Positions 1 to 8,762 of a stretch of DNA of 38,014 bases are shown here, one piece after another; the first letter of the stretch is position 1; each line of letters starts with the position of its first letter. Under the pieces are notes generated by a model. It had not been told where the DNA came from and did no database searches. It saw only the letters and a list, made by a program, of their open reading frames with translations. The DNA comes from a virus, in the UHGV virus genome UHGV-0042156. One strand, 5' to 3'. The position numbers and the translations under genes are program-made.

Positions 1-22
1 TTATCAATTTGTTGCAACGAAC

Positions 23-52
23 AGGTCACTATCAGTCAAAATAAAATCATTA
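23..52. promoter_or_regulatory. attP P-prime arm, three tandem Int arm-type sites (aggtcactat / cagtcaaaat / aaaatcatta)
   Basis: Direct repeats of the lambda arm-type consensus C/AAGTCACTAT immediately 3' of int stop; matches lambda attP P-prime arm as recalled. Core would lie left of the window. Confidence 0.5.
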
Positions 53-1120
53 TTTGATTTCAATTTTGTCCCACTCCCTGCCTCTGTCATCACGATACTG
101 TGATGCCATGGTGTCCGACTTATGCCCGAGAAGATGTTGAGCAAACTTATCGCTTATCTGCTTCTCATAGAGTCTTGCAGACAAACTGCGCAACTCGTGA
201 AAGGTAGGCGGATCCCCTTCGAAGGAAAGACCTGATGCTTTTCGTGCGCGCATAAAATACCTTGATACTGTGCCGGATGAAAGCGGTTCACGACGAGTAG
301 ATGCAATTATGGTTTCTCCGCCAAGAATCTCTTTGCATTTATCAAGTGTTTCCTTCATTGATATCCCGAGAGCATCAACATGCAATGTTGTAGGGATGGC
401 AATTTTTACGCCTGTTTTGCTTTGCTCGACATAAAGATATCCATCTACGATATCAGACCATTTCATTTCGCATAAATCCCCAACTCGCTGCCCGGTAACA
501 ACAGCCAGTTCCATTGCAAGTCTGAGCCAACATGGTGATGATTCTGCTGCTTGATAAATTTTCAGGTATTCGTCAGCCGTAAGTCTTGATCTCCTTACCT
601 CTGATTTTGCTGCGCGAGTGGCAGCGACCGGGTTTGTTGTTATATGGCCTTCAGCTATTGCCTCTCGGAATGCATCGCTCAGTGTTGATCTGATTAACTT
701 GGCTGACGCCGCTTTGCCCTCGTCTATGTATCCATTGAGCATTGCCGCAATTTCTTTTGTGGTGATGTTTTCAAGTGGAGCATCAGGCAGACCCCTCCTT
801 ATTGCTTTAATTTTGCTCATGTAATTTATGAGTGTCTTCTGCTTGATTCCTCTGCTGGCGAGGATTTTTTCGTAGCGATCAAGCCATGAATGTAACGTAA
901 CAGAATTATCACTGTTGATTCTTGCTGTCAGAGGCTTGTGTTTGTGTCCTGAAAATAACTCAATGTTTGCCTGTATTGCTTCAGTAATTGCTATCCTCCT
1001 GTCTCTGCCTAATCCGAACTCTTTACCCGTCCTTGGGTCCCTGTAGCAGTAATATCCATTGTTTCTTATATAAAGGTTAGGGGGTAAATCCCGGCGCTCA
1101 TGACTTCGCCTTCTTCCCAT
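50..1120 (-). CDS. int: Tyrosine integrase, lambda Int type
   Basis: 356-aa ORF; N-terminal arm-binding domain (MGRRRSHERRDLPPNLYIRNNGYY), C-terminal catalytic motifs (HELRSLSARLY, HLLGHKSDTMASQY); colinear with lambda Int. Confidence 0.97.
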   Translation of the reverse strand: MGRRRSHERRDLPPNLYIRNNGYYCYRDPRTGKEFGLGRDRRIAITEAIQANIELFSGHKHKPLTARINSDNSVTLHSWLDRYEKILASRGIKQKTLINYMSKIKAIRRGLPDAPLENITTKEIAAMLNGYIDEGKAASAKLIRSTLSDAFREAIAEGHITTNPVAATRAAKSEVRRSRLTADEYLKIYQAAESSPCWLRLAMELAVVTGQRVGDLCEMKWSDIVDGYLYVEQSKTGVKIAIPTTLHVDALGISMKETLDKCKEILGGETIIASTRREPLSSGTVSRYFMRARKASGLSFEGDPPTFHELRSLSARLYEKQISDKFAQHLLGHKSDTMASQYRDDRGREWDKIEIK

Positions 1121-1316
1121 TTCTGATCCTCTTCAAAAGGCTACCTGTTATTGGTCGATTTAAGTCAACCTTTACCGCTGATTCGTGGAACAGATACTCT
1201 CTTCCATCTTTAACCGGAGGAGGGAATATCCTGCACTCGCGTACCCATCGACGAACTGTTTCAAGGCTTCTTGGGCGCCGCTGGCGTGCGTTCCACTCCT
1301 GAAGTGTTAAGTACAT
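1098..1316 (-). CDS. xis: Excisionase
   Basis: 72-aa ORF MYLTLQEWNARQRRPRSLETVRRWVRE..., overlaps int start by 23 nt as in lambda. Confidence 0.9.
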   Translation of the reverse strand: MYLTLQEWNARQRRPRSLETVRRWVRECRIFPPPVKDGREYLFHESAVKVDLNRPITGSLLKRIRNGKKAKS

Positions 1317-1340
1317 CGCAAAGTCTCCGCAATTACACGC

Positions 1341-1366
1341 AATAAAAAACCGCCATCAGGCGGCTT
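1341..1366 (-). terminator. Rho-independent terminator between small ORF and xis
   Basis: Minus-strand hairpin GCCGCCTGATGGCGG followed by TTTTTTATT. Confidence 0.55.
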
Positions 1367-1523
1367 GGTGTTCTTTCAGTTCTTCAATTCGAATATTGGT
1401 TCCGTCTGCATGTGCTATCTGCGCCCATATCATCCAGTGGTCATAGCAGTCGTTGATGTTCTCTGCTTCGATAACTCTGTTGAATGGTTCTCCATTCCAT
1501 TCACCTGTGACTCGGAAGTGCAT
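1359..1523 (-). CDS. Small hypothetical protein (54 aa) adjacent to xis
   Basis: Manual translation MHFRVTGEWNGEPFNRVIEAENINDCYDHWMIWAQIAHADGTNIRIEELKEHQAA; not in ORF track (below 60 aa); bracketed by two terminators. Confidence 0.5.
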
Positions 1524-1533
1524 TTATCATCTC

Positions 1534-1561
1534 CATAAAACAAAACTCGCCGTAGCGAGTT
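1534..1561 (-). terminator. Rho-independent terminator
   Basis: Minus-strand hairpin AACTCGCTACGGCGAGTT followed by TTGTTTTAT. Confidence 0.45.
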
Positions 1562-1710
1562 CAGATAAAAGAAATCCCCGCGAGTGCGAGGATTGTTAGT
1601 TGCGCTCTGCTGCTGCCTTAGCCATTACCATATCCACCCAATTTCACCAGACATGATTCTCGCAATCACTATCATCACCAAAGTGATAATCACAACTTTA
1701 ACTGGCGGCA

Positions 1711-2535
1711 TCATTCACCATCCTGCTCCGGCGGTTCTGGCAGCGGCATCCAGTGGGGTACTTTCGATGCCGGCTCTTCCCCATCGTCAGTAACTGCCCA
1801 CCATTTGTTTCTCGACCAATCGTAATACCCTTCGAAGGTATCGCACTCAGTCCAGCCGTAAGACTTACCCCAACACCAAACATACTGTTTATCGTTCGGC
1901 ATTCGCTCACTACAGCTTATCCAACCATCCGGAGTTACCGGATAGTTGCCACCCTGAACAGTAGGCATATCCGGACCTTTGCGAATCGCCCTGGCAAGAT
2001 CGATTGGGTCGTCGTACAACCAGTCACCTGTTTGCGGATTATTTGCTTCTGCCAATTGTGCAGCCCACTCCAGGCCGTCTTTGTGTCCTTGCAGATAGTC
2101 CAGCGGTAACTCATCACTATTACTTACAGGTTCGGCCTGAAGCATGGCGGCGCGATAGGCGTTCCAGCCGACAGCTTTTCCGTGTTCAAACGCGCTGTCA
2201 AAGTCATCATCAATTTCCATCGCAGCGGGCACAGATACCGGCGCTGGCGGGGCGGTGTAGAGCGGCATTACCTCAATATTGAAGATATCCCCCTCGCTTG
2301 GACACGCCTCTGCGCTACCGTAAACCCAAGGGTGAACGACTCCGTTACGCTTGTTGATTAATCTGTGCGCCCACGCCACAGGCTCCGCTTCGAGCGATGC
2401 CAGCGCGATACGCGCATTATTAATCAGGAGGCTATCAGCAGGAGATAAAACAACATGAGCGTTACCCTCCGCATCAATTTCAGAATTCGTAATTTTTCTG
2501 AACAGCTTTGCCAGTTCTCTGGTAATAGTGCTCAT
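1711..2535 (-). CDS. Phage protein with Trp-rich C-terminal domain (DUF551-like)
   Basis: 274-aa ORF; C-terminal W/C-rich segment (WISCSERMPNDKQYVWCW...HWMPLPEPP); start overlaps upstream stop (ATGA). Confidence 0.8.
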   Translation of the reverse strand: MSTITRELAKLFRKITNSEIDAEGNAHVVLSPADSLLINNARIALASLEAEPVAWAHRLINKRNGVVHPWVYGSAEACPSEGDIFNIEVMPLYTAPPAPVSVPAAMEIDDDFDSAFEHGKAVGWNAYRAAMLQAEPVSNSDELPLDYLQGHKDGLEWAAQLAEANNPQTGDWLYDDPIDLARAIRKGPDMPTVQGGNYPVTPDGWISCSERMPNDKQYVWCWGKSYGWTECDTFEGYYDWSRNKWWAVTDDGEEPASKVPHWMPLPEPPEQDGE

Positions 2536-2810
2536 GGGCGAATCTCCGTCCTGCCACCAAGTAAGCGGATTGCCACTCGTTCCCGGAAGGTAAGCGGTCG
2601 ATGGTGTCCGCGGGCATTAACAATTTCAGGCTTTCCATTAGGCGGATAATTGACCCTGACCGATTGACCATCTAGCGCGTGAGAAGCCTCGAGTAGTGCT
2701 GACTTTAAGTGCGCAGGGCACTCTTTCTGCACCCGCTCGCCGTCTGAAATGACACCTGCAATCCCCTGAAGCATGCTGGCTAAATTGCTGAGATAATTTT
2801 TCACATTCAC
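2532..2810 (-). CDS. Hypothetical early protein
   Basis: 92-aa ORF translationally coupled to neighbours in leftward operon. Confidence 0.6.
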   Translation of the reverse strand: MNVKNYLSNLASMLQGIAGVISDGERVQKECPAHLKSALLEASHALDGQSVRVNYPPNGKPEIVNARGHHRPLTFRERVAIRLLGGRTEIRP

Positions 2811-3151
2811 TCTCCTTTACCGGTGCCATAGGCAGATAAGCACTCTTCAAATCCAGCCTGATTATCCGTTTGACCTAAACTGAAGCCATGCTGAAGACCA
2901 TGACGAAATGCGCTATCTTGCAATTTATCTGCGCTATCGAGCTTCGCTTCCAGTTCAGCGATTCGCTTCTCTGCGGTTTCCAACTCATCCAGCAGCGCCA
3001 CTGAGCGCAGAGCCAATTTCGCAAGCATGTTTGTATCCTTCAAGCTCATCAGCCAATGCCCAGGATTGCTTTTGCAATACTCCATATCAGCTAATTTATT
3101 GAGCCATTCAATTTTTTCTTGATTTAACGCCTGTTTATCGATGTTGCTCAT
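2807..3151 (-). CDS. Hypothetical early protein (coiled-coil)
   Basis: 114-aa ORF, 4-nt overlaps with both neighbours. Confidence 0.65.
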   Translation of the reverse strand: MSNIDKQALNQEKIEWLNKLADMEYCKSNPGHWLMSLKDTNMLAKLALRSVALLDELETAEKRIAELEAKLDSADKLQDSAFRHGLQHGFSLGQTDNQAGFEECLSAYGTGKGE

Positions 3152-3420
3152 TGGGCGGTTCCTTCGTAACCGATGGCTTCTGCAATTTCAGCAAGTGTCT
3201 CTGCACTTTCACCCACTGGCTCATTCATCCAGTCGAAGGAAACAAGCTTACCGCCTTCGATAACGCCGATGTTGAAATCATCACTACCTTGTGTTTTCAG
3301 ACCATGCTTGATTGCCTTATCGCGCTTATCGAAGTCAACGCCGTCTGTCGTGTATTCAACTCCATGGCCTTTCTCGTTGCACCACCAGTACTGCTGAATA
3401 ACGATGTATGATTTTCTCAT
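3148..3420 (-). CDS. Hypothetical early protein
   Basis: 90-aa ORF in operon context. Confidence 0.65.
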   Translation of the reverse strand: MRKSYIVIQQYWWCNEKGHGVEYTTDGVDFDKRDKAIKHGLKTQGSDDFNIGVIEGGKLVSFDWMNEPVGESAETLAEIAEAIGYEGTAQ

Positions 3421-4082
3421 AGCGCGGATCCTTTGCGAATTTGCTCCCTGAACAAGCGGGCTGAGACGATGATGTCTCTGATGCGTACTGATTTTTCGTC
3501 GAACTGCTCACCACCGTTTTTAATATGCGCATCCAGTTCTGCACTGTGATGCTGGATGAAAGCGTTGAGGCACTGCGCCCGCACTTCAGCCATGAAAGCG
3601 TCGGTGGCTGGGGTTTTGTTATCTGACTCCAGCCACTGGTTGTAGTAATAATCGAACATGCCAGTAGGATAACCACATCCGCTGTGCACGTGGTCTTTCA
3701 TAGCAGAACCACACATACAGTAGTCATTGTCAGTATTACTAATGATGTCGATAAGTTGCTGTGTCCGTTGCTTCAACATCGCATTCTCCGCCGCCAGCGC
3801 CGAAAACTTCTCGTGTGCCAACTTAACAGCTGCATCAGCCTGCTTAATTGACTCAGTCGCTTTCTGGTGGTCTTCGGCCAGCCCTGCTAAATCAGCCTCC
3901 AGTTCGGCTAGGCGTTCATTTAATGCATCTCGTTCATCCAGTAGAGCCAGCACAACCTGAGGTGTTACTTTCATACGAAATGCCAGCAATTTTTGAGGCG
4001 TTGCTACTGTTTCAATTGCTACTGCTGCCTCACGCAGTACCTGATAGTCAATCTTGCTCACTGGTTGCCTCCTTTGCGCCAC
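3417..4082 (-). CDS. Ead/Ea22-like coiled-coil protein
   Basis: 221-aa ORF with long coiled-coil ([20 protein letters not shown]...) and Cys/His cluster; typical of the lambdoid early-left region. Confidence 0.65.
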   Translation of the reverse strand: MAQRRQPVSKIDYQVLREAAVAIETVATPQKLLAFRMKVTPQVVLALLDERDALNERLAELEADLAGLAEDHQKATESIKQADAAVKLAHEKFSALAAENAMLKQRTQQLIDIISNTDNDYCMCGSAMKDHVHSGCGYPTGMFDYYYNQWLESDNKTPATDAFMAEVRAQCLNAFIQHHSAELDAHIKNGGEQFDEKSVRIRDIIVSARLFREQIRKGSAL

Positions 4083-4225
4083 ATCGCATTCAGATATTTG
4101 TTGTCATTAACAGAACCGAAACTCTTTCTCTTAAGTAATTCCTCTCTCGATGGCATTGGCTTTACGCGTTGGCGAATAATCATTTCTGCCGGAAGAATGC
4201 CGGGATTGTATGCAAGTCCTCTCAT
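4058..4225 (-). CDS. Small hypothetical protein (start uncertain; alternatives 4243, 4258)
   Basis: In-frame ATGs; chosen start has GAGGA 9 nt upstream. Confidence 0.4.
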   Translation of the reverse strand: MRGLAYNPGILPAEMIIRQRVKPMPSREELLKRKSFGSVNDNKYLNAMWRKGGNQ

Positions 4226-4235
4226 GGTAAATTCC

Positions 4236-4532
4236 TCAGTCATTACTGATAGCGCCATAGCGTGAGCGGTAATTACGCAGGCGCGGGTCGATATATTCAG
4301 GGAAGTGGGTATATGTGGCTTTGCGGAATGGTCGGATTGATGTCTGGTAAATTCGCTCGCGTTCTTCTTTCTCTGCAAGCCATATACAGTGGCGAAATTC
4401 CTTTTCCTCTTTCGTTTCCTGCGGTAGAGACATTATTCGATCGTAGTTTTTCCTGAATTTATCCAGCACCTCCGATACGGAATTGCCGGAACAGCGGCGC
4501 GCGTCATCCGCACCATACAGAGGCACTGGCAT
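4236..4532 (-). CDS. Hypothetical early protein
   Basis: 98-aa ORF. Confidence 0.6.
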   Translation of the reverse strand: MPVPLYGADDARRCSGNSVSEVLDKFRKNYDRIMSLPQETKEEKEFRHCIWLAEKEERERIYQTSIRPFRKATYTHFPEYIDPRLRNYRSRYGAISND

Positions 4533-4555
4533 AATTAAATCCTTATTTTTCTAAA

Positions 4556-4939
4556 TCAGAATGGGATGGAATCGTCGTATACAGGAGTGTTCTGCTGGTT
4601 ACTACTTTGCTGCTGCTGGCTGTTTCCTGAAGTTGCAAATCCAATCTTTGCATTCAGTAATTCAAGAGTGATTGATTGACCATTTTGCCCCTGATAAACA
4701 TCAACCCTGATGTTTTCTCCGGTAATTTCCACAATTCCACCTTCAACAAGAACACTACGGTAGTAATCCGCTTGCGCTCCCGGCTTGGCAAATACAACGG
4801 CGCTGTAGTTTGTCCATTCTTTCTTTTTTGTCTGGCGATCGTAATACTGAACGCCAGCACGGATGTTGAATCCGATATTTTCCCCGGCCTGAAACTCTCT
4901 TGCGGGCTTGTTTAGTCTTACAGTAATCGAATGTGCCAT
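4556..4939 (-). CDS. Single-stranded DNA-binding-like protein
   Basis: 127-aa ORF; Q/S-rich linker (SGNSQQQQSSNQQ) and C-terminal acidic tail ...YDDSIPF resembling the SSB DDDIPF tip; immediately downstream of erf. Confidence 0.7.
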   Translation of the reverse strand: MAHSITVRLNKPAREFQAGENIGFNIRAGVQYYDRQTKKKEWTNYSAVVFAKPGAQADYYRSVLVEGGIVEITGENIRVDVYQGQNGQSITLELLNAKIGFATSGNSQQQQSSNQQNTPVYDDSIPF

Positions 4940-5544
4940 TAAGCAGCCGCTCCTTCTAATTCGTCTCGTCTGATGTTGTAAACGTCCTGCGCTTTGTGCT
5001 GCTCAGGTGTGCCTTCGAGCATCTTCCACGCTTTGGCGAACGCCTGTTTAAGCTCTTCCACGGTGTTTTTCTGCATTGCTGCGTCAGTGAATGCTTTTAG
5101 AACCTGTTCAGGTGTAGGTGATGGTTTTGATTGCTTTGCTGCTGCGTTCTGCTGATGTTTATGCTCGTCTGTATCTGCATCTTTCGCATCATCAATGCCG
5201 AACAAACCATTGAGGCAATACTTGCGCGCATAAGAACTTGTAGCTCCAGTAACTTGTGCAGAATCCATTCCTTTCTTGCTTTCTTCCTCTCGTGCAAGAG
5301 CGGTTGCCGTATGACTGTTTTCGCCATCGGTAATAGTTGCCGTGGCTTTCACGTAATACCGATCACCAATCAACACAACTTCATCGCTGATTGATAAAAA
5401 CAGGCCATTCAGTAACGGCTTAACGCCTTCAAGAATGTCTTCGCAGCTTCTGTATTTATATTTGCCGAATGAGTTGTACTGATTCTTTGGCGCGTTCAGA
5501 TTCTCCTGAATAGCTGCCAGTCTTGCGTAAAATTCTTTGCTCAT
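4939..5544 (-). CDS. erf: Erf single-strand annealing recombinase (P22 Erf-like)
   Basis: Starts MSKEFYARLAAIQENLNAPKNQYNSFGKYKYRSCEDILEGVKPLL, colinear with P22 Erf as recalled; ORF-track start 5574 is an N-terminal extension. Confidence 0.85.
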   Translation of the reverse strand: MSKEFYARLAAIQENLNAPKNQYNSFGKYKYRSCEDILEGVKPLLNGLFLSISDEVVLIGDRYYVKATATITDGENSHTATALAREEESKKGMDSAQVTGATSSYARKYCLNGLFGIDDAKDADTDEHKHQQNAAAKQSKPSPTPEQVLKAFTDAAMQKNTVEELKQAFAKAWKMLEGTPEQHKAQDVYNIRRDELEGAAA

Positions 5545-5633
5545 ATGATTGTTCTCAGAATGGACATGGCCCAAGGAAATAACGCTGATTTAATACTTCA
5601 GTCTTTGCCGCATTCAAAAATACGCGAACACCT

Positions 5634-5804
5634 TCACGATCTCCCTTCTGGCGATACATTAACGCCTGCTGCGTGTACATGCGTCTCTGTAACTTGCTCT
5701 CCTTCACTGTGGTTGCAAGTGACATGAATATCTCCTTCGTTACCGATTAATTCTTTCATCTGACGAATGAATTCTTCGTCTGACCAGTTATCTGTAAAAC
5801 TCAT
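5634..5804 (-). CDS. Small hypothetical protein downstream of kil
   Basis: Start ATG overlaps kil stop (ATGA coupling). Confidence 0.4.
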   Translation of the reverse strand: MSFTDNWSDEEFIRQMKELIGNEGDIHVTCNHSEGEQVTETHVHAAGVNVSPEGRS

Positions 5805-5953
5805 TTCCTGCGATACCACGGAAGGTTGATAGCTGATTTCATCGCTTTATTTGCTTCAAGCCACATTTTGGAATCACCAATAAATCTGGCTATTACTGCT
5901 TTGTTCTGTGCAGCACGAAGCATCTGGTGATTGATGGCTATTTCATTGCGCAT
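5801..5953 (-). CDS. kil: Kil-like host cell-division inhibitor
   Basis: Manual translation MRNEIAINHQMLRAAQNKAVIARFIGDSKMWLEANKAMKSAINLPWYRRK; the IARFIGDSKMW segment resembles lambda Kil (IATFIGDEKMF) as recalled; not in ORF track. Confidence 0.55.
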   Translation of the reverse strand: MRNEIAINHQMLRAAQNKAVIARFIGDSKMWLEANKAMKSAINLPWYRRK

Positions 5954-6072
5954 AACGCCTCCAGTTGTTTCTTTGCTGCTCTGATTAATTGTTTAACTCG
6001 GCGTGATAATTCAGATTCGTGCGGGTAGAAAGCGGACATGACGCCGCTACCCGCGAGCTGAAAGTGCATCAT
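5938..6072 (-). CDS. cIII: cIII-like FtsH inhibitor
   Basis: Manual translation MMHFQLAGSGVMSAFYPHESELSRRVKQLIRAAKKQLEALCAMK; pattern matches lambda CIII (MQYAIAGWPVAGCPSESLLERITRKLR) as recalled; AAGGA 8 nt upstream; overlaps kil start. Confidence 0.5.
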   Translation of the reverse strand: MMHFQLAGSGVMSAFYPHESELSRRVKQLIRAAKKQLEALCAMK

Positions 6073-6145
6073 GGGGAAGTTCCTTAAGTTGAATGTTGTT
6101 GTCATAGCGAAAGAGACTCGAATGAATCTCTGTTGATATGCTGGT

Positions 6146-6170
6146 ATGAAAAAGCCGCACTCAGGCGGCT
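6146..6170 (-). terminator. Rho-independent terminator after orphan gene
   Basis: Minus-strand hairpin AGCCGCCTGAGTGCGGCT followed by TTTTTC; overlaps the stop codon. Confidence 0.6.
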
Positions 6171-7143
6171 ATTTGATGTCTTGCGTGTAGCCTGTACCGC
6201 CACAGCATGAGCATTGCTCTATTGGCGCGTGAATGGTATCCATAAGCGTCGTAAGGAAGTTATCAATCATTTCCTTTAGCTCCCATTCGTTATTGGCTTT
6301 GAACCCTTTAATCGCCGTATAACCTTTGTAATTTTCTTGGTCATGTGTCATTTGGAAAATTTCAATTTCCTTCACCGTGTCAGTCTTAAAGTGCAACTTT
6401 GCTCTTTGCTTCTTGGTTCTGGCAAAAATATCCTGATATGAATATGTGTGAGGCTTAAGGAGCGGTATTATTTTTTTAACGGTAAAGCAAAATGCGTAAT
6501 CACTTGTTATTCTAGCCAGTTTGTTGTCGATGTTATCTTTTACGTGCTGGCGTACAATGTCATACATTTCTTTTGATGAAATTTCACAAGGGCTGTTAGC
6601 CCGCAAAGGCTCAGGAATTATGATGCAGTCAACAAGAGAGTGTTTTACGTTTATGTTTTTTACAACGTACCTCTCCTCCCGGAACTCAACCTGCCTAATT
6701 GCAGAGTAATTAAATTCTGGTGCGTCACGAAAATTTTCAACCTCACATACTAATGTGAATTCAACGTCAACTGGAGAGGTGTAATCAGGTGCAGTATCGT
6801 ATTTGTATTCATAAAGAGAGCCTCTGATATCCTCGTCCACTGCGTCACGCTCATTGTAACTAAGTGTCAAAGGGTATTTTTTACTCTCAAGTTCAGCATC
6901 TTTAAGCTCGTAGCGAACATTAATTCTTTCACCAGAGATAATTCTCTCAACCTTTTCAGGGTAATGTTCAATTTCAAACCAGTTTTTGTGAAAGCTGGCT
7001 TTGGGTTTAACTCCGTCAAATAGGAGATCAGCAATTTTAGATTGATGGTACTGGTAGTGATAACCGTCCTTTGCTGTGCAATCAGTGATAAAACATTTAC
7101 CAGCGTCGGTTTTAATAATGCTTATTTGCAATGCGTTACTCAT
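6169..7143 (-). CDS. AT-rich orphan protein of unknown function (324 aa), candidate accessory/defence gene
   Basis: Long ORF; preferred start MSNALQ at 7143 with GGAGGAG SD (ORF-track start 7239 lacks a usable SD); visibly lower GC than flanks; C-terminal CSCCGGTGY; no motif I recognise. Confidence 0.75.
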   Translation of the reverse strand: MSNALQISIIKTDAGKCFITDCTAKDGYHYQYHQSKIADLLFDGVKPKASFHKNWFEIEHYPEKVERIISGERINVRYELKDAELESKKYPLTLSYNERDAVDEDIRGSLYEYKYDTAPDYTSPVDVEFTLVCEVENFRDAPEFNYSAIRQVEFREERYVVKNINVKHSLVDCIIIPEPLRANSPCEISSKEMYDIVRQHVKDNIDNKLARITSDYAFCFTVKKIIPLLKPHTYSYQDIFARTKKQRAKLHFKTDTVKEIEIFQMTHDQENYKGYTAIKGFKANNEWELKEMIDNFLTTLMDTIHAPIEQCSCCGGTGYTQDIK

Positions 7144-7154
7144 ATCTCCTCCAG

Positions 7155-7182
7155 GCAAAAAGAATGCCCTCACATCGGAGGG
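7155..7182 (-). terminator. Terminator-like hairpin upstream of orphan gene
   Basis: Minus-strand hairpin CCCTCCGATGTGAGGG followed by CATTCTTTTTGCC. Confidence 0.5.
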
Positions 7183-7278
7183 CAAAGAAGATTTCCAATA
7201 ATCAGAACAAGTCGGCTCCTGTTTAGTTACGAGCGACATTGCTCCGTGTATTCACTCGTTGGAATGAATACACAGTGC

Positions 7279-7491
7279 TTATTCGCGAGCTTTGAGCATG
7301 GCATCAGCAATAAAGTAGGCATCATCTGCTAATTCTTTGTATTGTGGTGAATTCTGTCCACCGCCAAAGGAATGTCCGTCCCATCTGCGCACTATTGCTG
7401 CCATAGCCTTAGCAGCGAAGTAATCACGTAATGTCGCATCACTTGCCATTTCTGGGCGTTTGATATCTGCTTCATAAAACTCGCACATCAT
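7279..7491 (-). CDS. Hypothetical early protein
   Basis: 70-aa ORF, coupled (ATGA) to upstream gene. Confidence 0.6.
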   Translation of the reverse strand: MMCEFYEADIKRPEMASDATLRDYFAAKAMAAIVRRWDGHSFGGGQNSPQYKELADDAYFIADAMLKARE

Positions 7492-7781
7492 TCACCTCCC
7501 AGAGCCTTGCTGATTGCTGCAAGACCTTTATTAACAGCTCCATACCATTCTGGATATGTTGTCGTTGTTCTATTTTTGGATTGCTTAAGTAATAACTGAA
7601 GTGCTTCGAGAAGGTCAGGAGCTGCTGCTATCAGTAGCGCATCCTCCCTTTCATTTCTTGTTGCTGCTTCAATGTATGTGTCACCAATCGTCACACCATG
7701 GAACGTAGTCATCATCTCGTTGACGTTTCTAACCGTGTACTTCCATTTACCAGGCGTACCCTTAAACTCTTTCATATCCAC
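7488..7781 (-). CDS. Hypothetical early protein
   Basis: 97-aa ORF. Confidence 0.6.
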   Translation of the reverse strand: MDMKEFKGTPGKWKYTVRNVNEMMTTFHGVTIGDTYIEAATRNEREDALLIAAAPDLLEALQLLLKQSKNRTTTTYPEWYGAVNKGLAAISKALGGE

Positions 7782-7806
7782 CTCTGTTGTTTATGCCAAA
7801 GCAAAT

Positions 7807-8049
7807 TTAACCATCAACAAACTCTTCTGGTAATTTATCAACCAGTTGATGACTTATTATCAGCCATTTGCCATCCTTCGTTTCGTATGCATATTTCTGG
7901 TCTTTTATCATCATGTGTTCAGCTACTGCCTTAACTGCCTGTTCGGTTACATCTTCTTTCTTTCCCACCCACATTCCTTTTTCAGTGTTTAATGTTCCTT
8001 GAAAAATACGACCGCTTAATGGGCTTGCGCCCATAGTTTTTACTCTCAT
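7807..8049 (-). CDS. Hypothetical early protein
   Basis: 80-aa ORF. Confidence 0.6.
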   Translation of the reverse strand: MRVKTMGASPLSGRIFQGTLNTEKGMWVGKKEDVTEQAVKAVAEHMMIKDQKYAYETKDGKWLIISHQLVDKLPEEFVDG

Positions 8050-8113
8050 GTATCAGCTCTCAAATAATTGGTTTGCTGCCAAAACAATGAACCATCCGGA
8101 AATTCCAGATAGT

Positions 8114-8341
8114 TCATAATTCACTCTTCAATACTTCCAACTTACTAATCGCCGATAGATATCCGCGCTGATAGGGCATCATCATTCCTTCGAGCTTGCC
8201 ACTTCTTAACTCCTCCCTGAGCAATTGTATTGCTTGATCAATAACCTCTGCCTTAGCGTCCTTTATGGCTTGCTTGCGGGGCTTTGCTTTCTGCTTTGGC
8301 AGATTTCTCAAGCATGATGGAATGTATGTCTGATTCATCAC
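8114..8341 (-). CDS. Hypothetical early protein
   Basis: 75-aa ORF immediately downstream of N. Confidence 0.55.
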   Translation of the reverse strand: MMNQTYIPSCLRNLPKQKAKPRKQAIKDAKAEVIDQAIQLLREELRSGKLEGMMMPYQRGYLSAISKLEVLKSEL

Positions 8342-8352
8342 TTACCTCGCTG

Positions 8353-8613
8353 TCAGTTGTTTTGATTTCCGGAGCCTGCCGCGTAAATGGCTACGTTTGG
8401 CAGGCAAATACTTCCACTGCATTCTTCTTCCTTCTTGCAGCGAAGGCTTCCGAGTGATGCTGCTTTGTCTGCTCTGACGCAACCAGAGAGCTTTAGCGCA
8501 ATTTTTCGCGCCAGTCGCTGTTCTTGCATTGCCTGCTCACGTTGAGCCTGTCTGCGTGCTCTGCGGCGATTTCTGGCGTTATCGTCAGCCAGATATGTAA
8601 TGACTACTGTCAT
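8353..8613 (-). CDS. N: N-type transcription antiterminator (P22 gp24-like)
   Basis: 86-aa ORF with N-terminal arginine-rich motif (NARNRRRARRQAQRE); MTVVITY start and LPNVAIYAAG resemble P22 gp24; first gene downstream of nutL. Confidence 0.7.
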   Translation of the reverse strand: MTVVITYLADDNARNRRRARRQAQREQAMQEQRLARKIALKLSGCVRADKAASLGSLRCKKEEECSGSICLPNVAIYAAGSGNQNN

Positions 8614-8720
8614 GTTGACCTCCGATGATTGACTTTGGCGGTGACGCGCCGGGTGCTTATCTTCCGGTTGCCGTCGTGCAGCTGCACTTCACGTCACCCC
8701 AAAGCCAACTACTCTTTGGT

Positions 8721-8762
8721 TCCCGCATTTCGGCGGGACAATCCCATCAATGTTAAAGAGCC
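8721..8762 (-). promoter_or_regulatory. nutL (boxA GGCTCTTTAACA, boxB hairpin TCCCGC-CGAAAT-GCGGGA)
   Basis: On the minus-strand transcript, boxA-like element then a 6-bp-stem hairpin identical to the nutR boxB at 10554..10571. Confidence 0.55.

Noticed and set aside
618-824. 68-aa plus-strand ORF
   Set aside because: Antisense inside int.
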